Assembly: GCA_051294375.1 (NCBI GenBank)
Contig: JBJCIZ010000073.1
Span: 1-12,413, forward strand
Direction of reading: 5' to 3'
Origin: Paraspadella gotoi
Lineage: Eukaryota > Animalia > Chaetognatha
DNA: 12,413 nt
Shown: one piece after another, positions 8,641 to 12,413 of the stretch
How positions within the stretch are numbered: the stretch's first letter is position 1
How the letters are laid out: every line of letters starts with the position of its first letter
Made by a program: the position numbers and the translations under genes
The notes under the pieces: generated by a model
The model's input: the letters and a program-made list of their open reading frames with translations, nothing else
Told to the model about the DNA's origin: nothing
Database searches by the model: none

Positions 8641-11600
8641 ACGCTGTGCCCCGCGCCAAAGACGATTCACCCGACAGCTATCTACTCCATGTCAAGGACT
8701 CCACCGACGGACGCCAGTGGCTTGTCGACGGTGGCGCCCTTCTCTCTCTAATCCCACCTACAATGGCCCAACGAGTAGCAGGCCCCGTCGGTCAACAATT
8801 ACAGGCAGCTAACGGCACCTCAATTAAAACTTATGGCATCGTCCACCGCCGAGTGGTACTAGGATCAAGAGTATTTGCTTTCGATTTTACCGTCGCTGAT
8901 GTGACACAAAGCATCTTAGGAGCGGACTTCTTAGCCGAATTTTACTTGGCGCCCAATCACAGAGATGGTACGCTCATCGATCTCCGCGACTTGTCAACTA
9001 TCTCGTGCGACCTCTCTGAAGTAAGCCCACCCACTCACGTCAATTTCATCGACCAGCAGGATAACGTTTACTACCAACTGCTAGATCGTTACCCAACTCT
9101 TTCAACGCCCACTTTCGAGGTCAAAGCGCCGAAGCATGGAGTCAAGCATCGTATACCGACTCTCGGTCGCCCCTGCCAAGCAAGGGCCCGGCGTTTACCT
9201 CCAGAGAAGTTAGCCGTGGCGAAGGCCGAATTAGAGAAGCTCGTCTCCCTCGGCATCGCCAAACGCGCGAAAAGCTCCTGGTCTTCCCCGCTTCTCTGCG
9301 TCCCAAAGGCCGACGGCGGGTGGAGATGCTGCGGGGATTTTCGACGCCTAAACTCTCAAACCAAGGACGATAAATACCCCGTGAAACTGTTAGCAGATTT
9401 CAACGCGGAGCTGGCGGGGAAAAAAGTATTCTCAAAGATAGACCTACTTAAGGGATACCACCAGATCCCCGTCGCGGATGAAGATGTCCCGAAAACGGCG
9501 GTGATCACGCCATTTGGGCTGTTTGTCTTTCTCCGCACCCCCTTCGGCCTCAAGAACGCGGGGCAAGACTTCCAGCGTATGATGGATGAAATCCTAGGAG
9601 ATATTCCACATACGTATGTCTACCTCGACGATATACTCGTCGCTAGCGTCGACCAAAAAGAACACCTTCAGGATCTAGAAGCAGTTTTCAACTCGCTCGC
9701 CGAAAACGGTTTAGTGATTAACCGGAAAAAGTGTATTCTCGGCCAATCGTCATTAGAGTTCCTCGGCTACATGGTAGACTCGACAGGTGTAAAACCTCTG
9801 CCTCAGAAAGTAGAAGCGATCCGCGCTACGAATCCTCCGACGACGGTTAAAGAGTTGCAGCGGTTCCTCGGCATGGTAAATTATTACCGCCGTTTCATTC
9901 CGAAGGCCGCTCACCATGCCGCTGCACTCTATGATACCCTCGCCGGCAAGCCCAAACAATTAAATTGGTCAGAGGCGTGCACCCGATCCTTTGAAGCCAT
10001 CAAGGAAGCCCTCGCCAACGCAGCACTCTTGCGACACCCTCGAACAAATGCCCAACTGGCTCTCACCACAGACGCGTCAGACATAGCAGTCGGCGCCGTC
10101 TTAGAACAAAGGTCACCACAAGGTTGGGAACCTTTAGCCTTTTTTTCGGCTAAGCTCGACGAGGCACAGCGGCGTTGGCCTCCCTTCGACAGGGAACTAC
10201 TTGGAGCCTTTAGAGCAGTGCGCCACTTCCGGCATTGGCTTGAAGGACGGAGTTTTACATTGTATACAGATCATCAATCTCTGATCCACGCCTTGCACAA
10301 ACGCTCAGAACCACAAACTATCCGCCACAACTTCCAATTATCAGTGATATCAGAATTCACGACTGATATTCGACACGTCCGCGGCAAGGCCAATGTGGTC
10401 GCGGATGCCTTGTCACGACCAAATCCAGCTCCCATCGCCGCGATTGATCGACCAATACCTCAGGAAAAATCTCTCGACCTCCACGCGACGATCAATGCAA
10501 TCGGGCATGAAGGCGTGAACCTTGAAGAAATGGCACGACATCAGGCGTTAGACCGCGATTTCCAGCGCCTCTCCAACGACGCTAGAACGGGTCTACAATT
10601 TCGAAAGGTCACAGTAGGCAACCAGGAACTATTTGTAGACGTTTCAAATGGCCCCGCCAGACCGTTTGTACCCGAATCATGGAGAAAAAGAATCTTCGAT
10701 GCCATACACGGCCTAGGGCACCCTGGAGTAGCTAGAACCCGCGAGACAATCGCCTCCAAGTTCGTCTGGCCTTCACTCAAAGCCGACGCCACTCGTTGGG
10801 CCCGCGAGTGTATCCAATGTCAAAAGGCAAAGGTCACGCGTCACGTGACCCCGAACATTGGCGAGTTCGAGGTTCCAGCGAAACGTTTCAATCACCTGAA
10901 CGTCGACATCACTCTCATGCCTATGTCAAACGGATTCAATTCACTCCTCACGGTGGTCGATAGGTTTTCGAGATGGCCAGCGGCCATCCCGATGAAAGAT
11001 ATGACGACAACCTCAGTAGTGGACGCCATCACTCACGGCTGGATAGCCCAGTTCGGCATCCCTGCAGCCATCACAACAGACCGCGGAGCGCAGTTTTCGA
11101 CGGCCATCTGGACTCAGCTATCTCAAATCTGGGGCATCAAGCATCATAGGACTGCAGCCTACCATCCACAGGCTAACGGACTGGTGGAGCGCTTCCACCG
11201 CCGTTTAAAGGAAGCCCTGATAGCTTTAGGCGACAACGAACCACATCAATGGTTTTGGAGGCTACCGTCTGCGCTATTAGCCATCAGAACAACTATTAAG
11301 CCAGATATCGGATCATCTCCAGCCGAATTAGTTTTCGGCGAAGGCCTCGCCGTCCCCGGAGACATTCTACCGCCTCCAATCAGCGACGACAGACTCCAAG
11401 AGCAACGTCAACAACTCCGCGACAACCTCAGAGTCGAGGTCGAACGTTTGCAGCCAACCGAGACGTCAACACATCGGGCGCCGCGCCTATACCTTCCAGA
11501 AACTCTCGCGGACGCCACCCATGTATTTATTCAACGCGCAGGAGTTCACCCGCCACTCACGGCACCGTATCACGGCCCTTACCGCGTCGTCAGCAGAGAT

Positions 11601-12239
11601 AATTTAAATTTCAAAGTCGAAATGCCTGGCCGCGGCGTTGAGACGATCGCCATCGCCAGGATAAAGCCAGCAACTCTTTGGCAAGACGACGACGGAGAAG
11701 AAAGAATTTCCCAACCATCCCCACCCCCATCGCCACCTCGTCCAGGACGCCGTCCAGGTCCTCGTACGCGCCAACCGCCGCCAACGTCAAGGCGGACTCG
11801 TTCCACAACTCGCTATCAACAACAAAGAGAATCGAGACAAAATCGCCACGATATCGACGACGACGACGACGACGAAGACGACGAAGGCGAAAACGAAGAA
11901 ATCCCTCAACATCAACCAGATCCGGAGCAGAGCTCTCTACAACCTCTGGCGCCTCCGCAGTCGACCACGCCCACTTCCGGTCTCAGCGACAGCGCCAATA
12001 GAGAAAACTCCGCCTTCGAAGATACAATCACGACGCCATCGCTCCCTTTTGGCGCGCCTCCTCCTTCACCGGCGCCTCCTGTAACGTCAGCGCCACCAGA
12101 AGAACCTCAGGTTAGGCCACGCCCACCAGCGGAGCGTTTCTCGCGTCCTAAACAATCTGACTTTTCTTTCAAAACTATAAACTCTACAGAAAAACCCAAT
12201 TACGAAGCGGTAATCCGCCACATATTGGATCTACAGTGA
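8553..12239 (+). CDS. pol: Pol polyprotein (aspartic protease, reverse transcriptase, RNase H, integrase with GPY motif, long low-complexity tail); likely made as Gag-Pol by -1 frameshift
   Basis: LVDGGA...ILGADFL (PR); DFRRLN, KIDLLKGYHQI, PFGLKNA, YLDD at 9621-9632 (RT); TTDASD, DRELLG, TDHQSL, ADALSR (RH); H-X3-H..C-X2-C, VDI..TDRG..NGLVERFHR (IN); GPY at 11574-11582. Confidence 0.97.
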   Translation: MRTGLRQKGRAPRAQRTSVGKRRRGPAQVNAVPRAKDDSPDSYLLHVKDSTDGRQWLVDGGALLSLIPPTMAQRVAGPVGQQLQAANGTSIKTYGIVHRRVVLGSRVFAFDFTVADVTQSILGADFLAEFYLAPNHRDGTLIDLRDLSTISCDLSEVSPPTHVNFIDQQDNVYYQLLDRYPTLSTPTFEVKAPKHGVKHRIPTLGRPCQARARRLPPEKLAVAKAELEKLVSLGIAKRAKSSWSSPLLCVPKADGGWRCCGDFRRLNSQTKDDKYPVKLLADFNAELAGKKVFSKIDLLKGYHQIPVADEDVPKTAVITPFGLFVFLRTPFGLKNAGQDFQRMMDEILGDIPHTYVYLDDILVASVDQKEHLQDLEAVFNSLAENGLVINRKKCILGQSSLEFLGYMVDSTGVKPLPQKVEAIRATNPPTTVKELQRFLGMVNYYRRFIPKAAHHAAALYDTLAGKPKQLNWSEACTRSFEAIKEALANAALLRHPRTNAQLALTTDASDIAVGAVLEQRSPQGWEPLAFFSAKLDEAQRRWPPFDRELLGAFRAVRHFRHWLEGRSFTLYTDHQSLIHALHKRSEPQTIRHNFQLSVISEFTTDIRHVRGKANVVADALSRPNPAPIAAIDRPIPQEKSLDLHATINAIGHEGVNLEEMARHQALDRDFQRLSNDARTGLQFRKVTVGNQELFVDVSNGPARPFVPESWRKRIFDAIHGLGHPGVARTRETIASKFVWPSLKADATRWARECIQCQKAKVTRHVTPNIGEFEVPAKRFNHLNVDITLMPMSNGFNSLLTVVDRFSRWPAAIPMKDMTTTSVVDAITHGWIAQFGIPAAITTDRGAQFSTAIWTQLSQIWGIKHHRTAAYHPQANGLVERFHRRLKEALIALGDNEPHQWFWRLPSALLAIRTTIKPDIGSSPAELVFGEGLAVPGDILPPPISDDRLQEQRQQLRDNLRVEVERLQPTETSTHRAPRLYLPETLADATHVFIQRAGVHPPLTAPYHGPYRVVSRDNLNFKVEMPGRGVETIAIARIKPATLWQDDDGEERISQPSPPPSPPRPGRRPGPRTRQPPPTSRRTRSTTRYQQQRESRQNRHDIDDDDDDEDDEGENEEIPQHQPDPEQSSLQPLAPPQSTTPTSGLSDSANRENSAFEDTITTPSLPFGAPPPSPAPPVTSAPPEEPQVRPRPPAERFSRPKQSDFSFKTINSTEKPNYEAVIRHILDLQ
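8610..8655 (+). promoter_or_regulatory. Programmed -1 ribosomal frameshift signal (G GGA AAC + downstream stem-loop)
   Basis: Heptamer 8610-8616 is in the gag register and pol is in the -1 frame. Stem CGCGGG.CAGCG / CGCTG..CCCGCG starts 5 nt downstream. Conserved in the left copy (4187-4193, -). Confidence 0.82.
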
Positions 12240-12365
12240 GTTTAAAAACCTTTATTTCATTAATTATGTATTATATGTACATAGTAGATAATACTTATAT
12301 CGTATCAAACCACTAGTCTTACCTTTAAGCCCAATCGTTTCCTCAAACCGTAGTGTTTTTCGTCT

Positions 12366-12373
12366 GGGGGGGA
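12366..12373 (+). promoter_or_regulatory. Polypurine tract
   Basis: GGGGGGGA immediately before the TG of the 3' LTR. Confidence 0.85.
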
Positions 12374-12413
12374 TGTGGGTTTTGAACTCAAGAATTATTA
12401 TCCACAATTTATT
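12374..12413 (+). repeat. 3' LTR, first 40 bp (truncated by window end)
   Basis: Identical to 6602-6640 except for one extra G. Confidence 0.93.

Larger units (their letters stand above)
6602..12413 (+). mobile_element. Ty3/Gypsy LTR retrotransposon, CsRn1 lineage, apparently intact (3' LTR cut by window end)
   Basis: LTR-PBS-gag-pol(PR,RT,RH,IN)-PPT-LTR order. The CHCC Gag knuckle, tRNA-Trp-like PBS and overlapping gag/pol are CsRn1-clade hallmarks. Confidence 0.95.

Noticed and set aside
8940-8954. FYLAP as a TRFH-docking FxLxP motif
   Set aside because: It lies in the folded protease C-terminus right after ILGADFL; I found no such motif in the disordered integrase tail.
11579-12001. Alternate-frame and antisense ORFs (e.g. 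poly-Arg 11678-12001) as env or extra genes
   Set aside because: They are shadows of the GAC/GAA-rich pol tail, with no signal peptide or transmembrane segment; only ~130 bp separates the pol stop from the PPT.

Overview
Eukaryotic, probably animal, AT-rich draft sequence with one assembly gap (3933-3957). The core is a ~270-bp single-orientation (CCCTAA)n telomeric-type tract (6331-6601) flanked, with no intervening base on either side, by the 5' LTRs of two related but diverged Ty3/Gypsy LTR retrotransposons in head-to-head orientation. The right element (6602-12413, +) looks intact: 851-bp 5' LTR, tRNA-Trp-like PBS, gag with a CHCC zinc knuckle, -1 frameshift site, pol (PR-RT-RH-IN), PPT and the first 40 bp of the 3' LTR. 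These are hallmarks of the CsRn1 lineage. The left element (3958-6330, -) is frameshift-ridden and truncated at the gap. Both LTRs carry an antisense tRNA-like unit (A box, B box, oligo-T) pointing toward the telomeric tract, plus a conserved hairpin block. Both proteases read D-G-G instead of D-[T/S]-G, and the integrase has a long disordered tail. Left of the gap is an unrecognised gene (710-2669), probably one ~650-aa ORF broken by indels inside a higher-order coding repeat, with tandem E2F-like sites upstream and simple repeats downstream.
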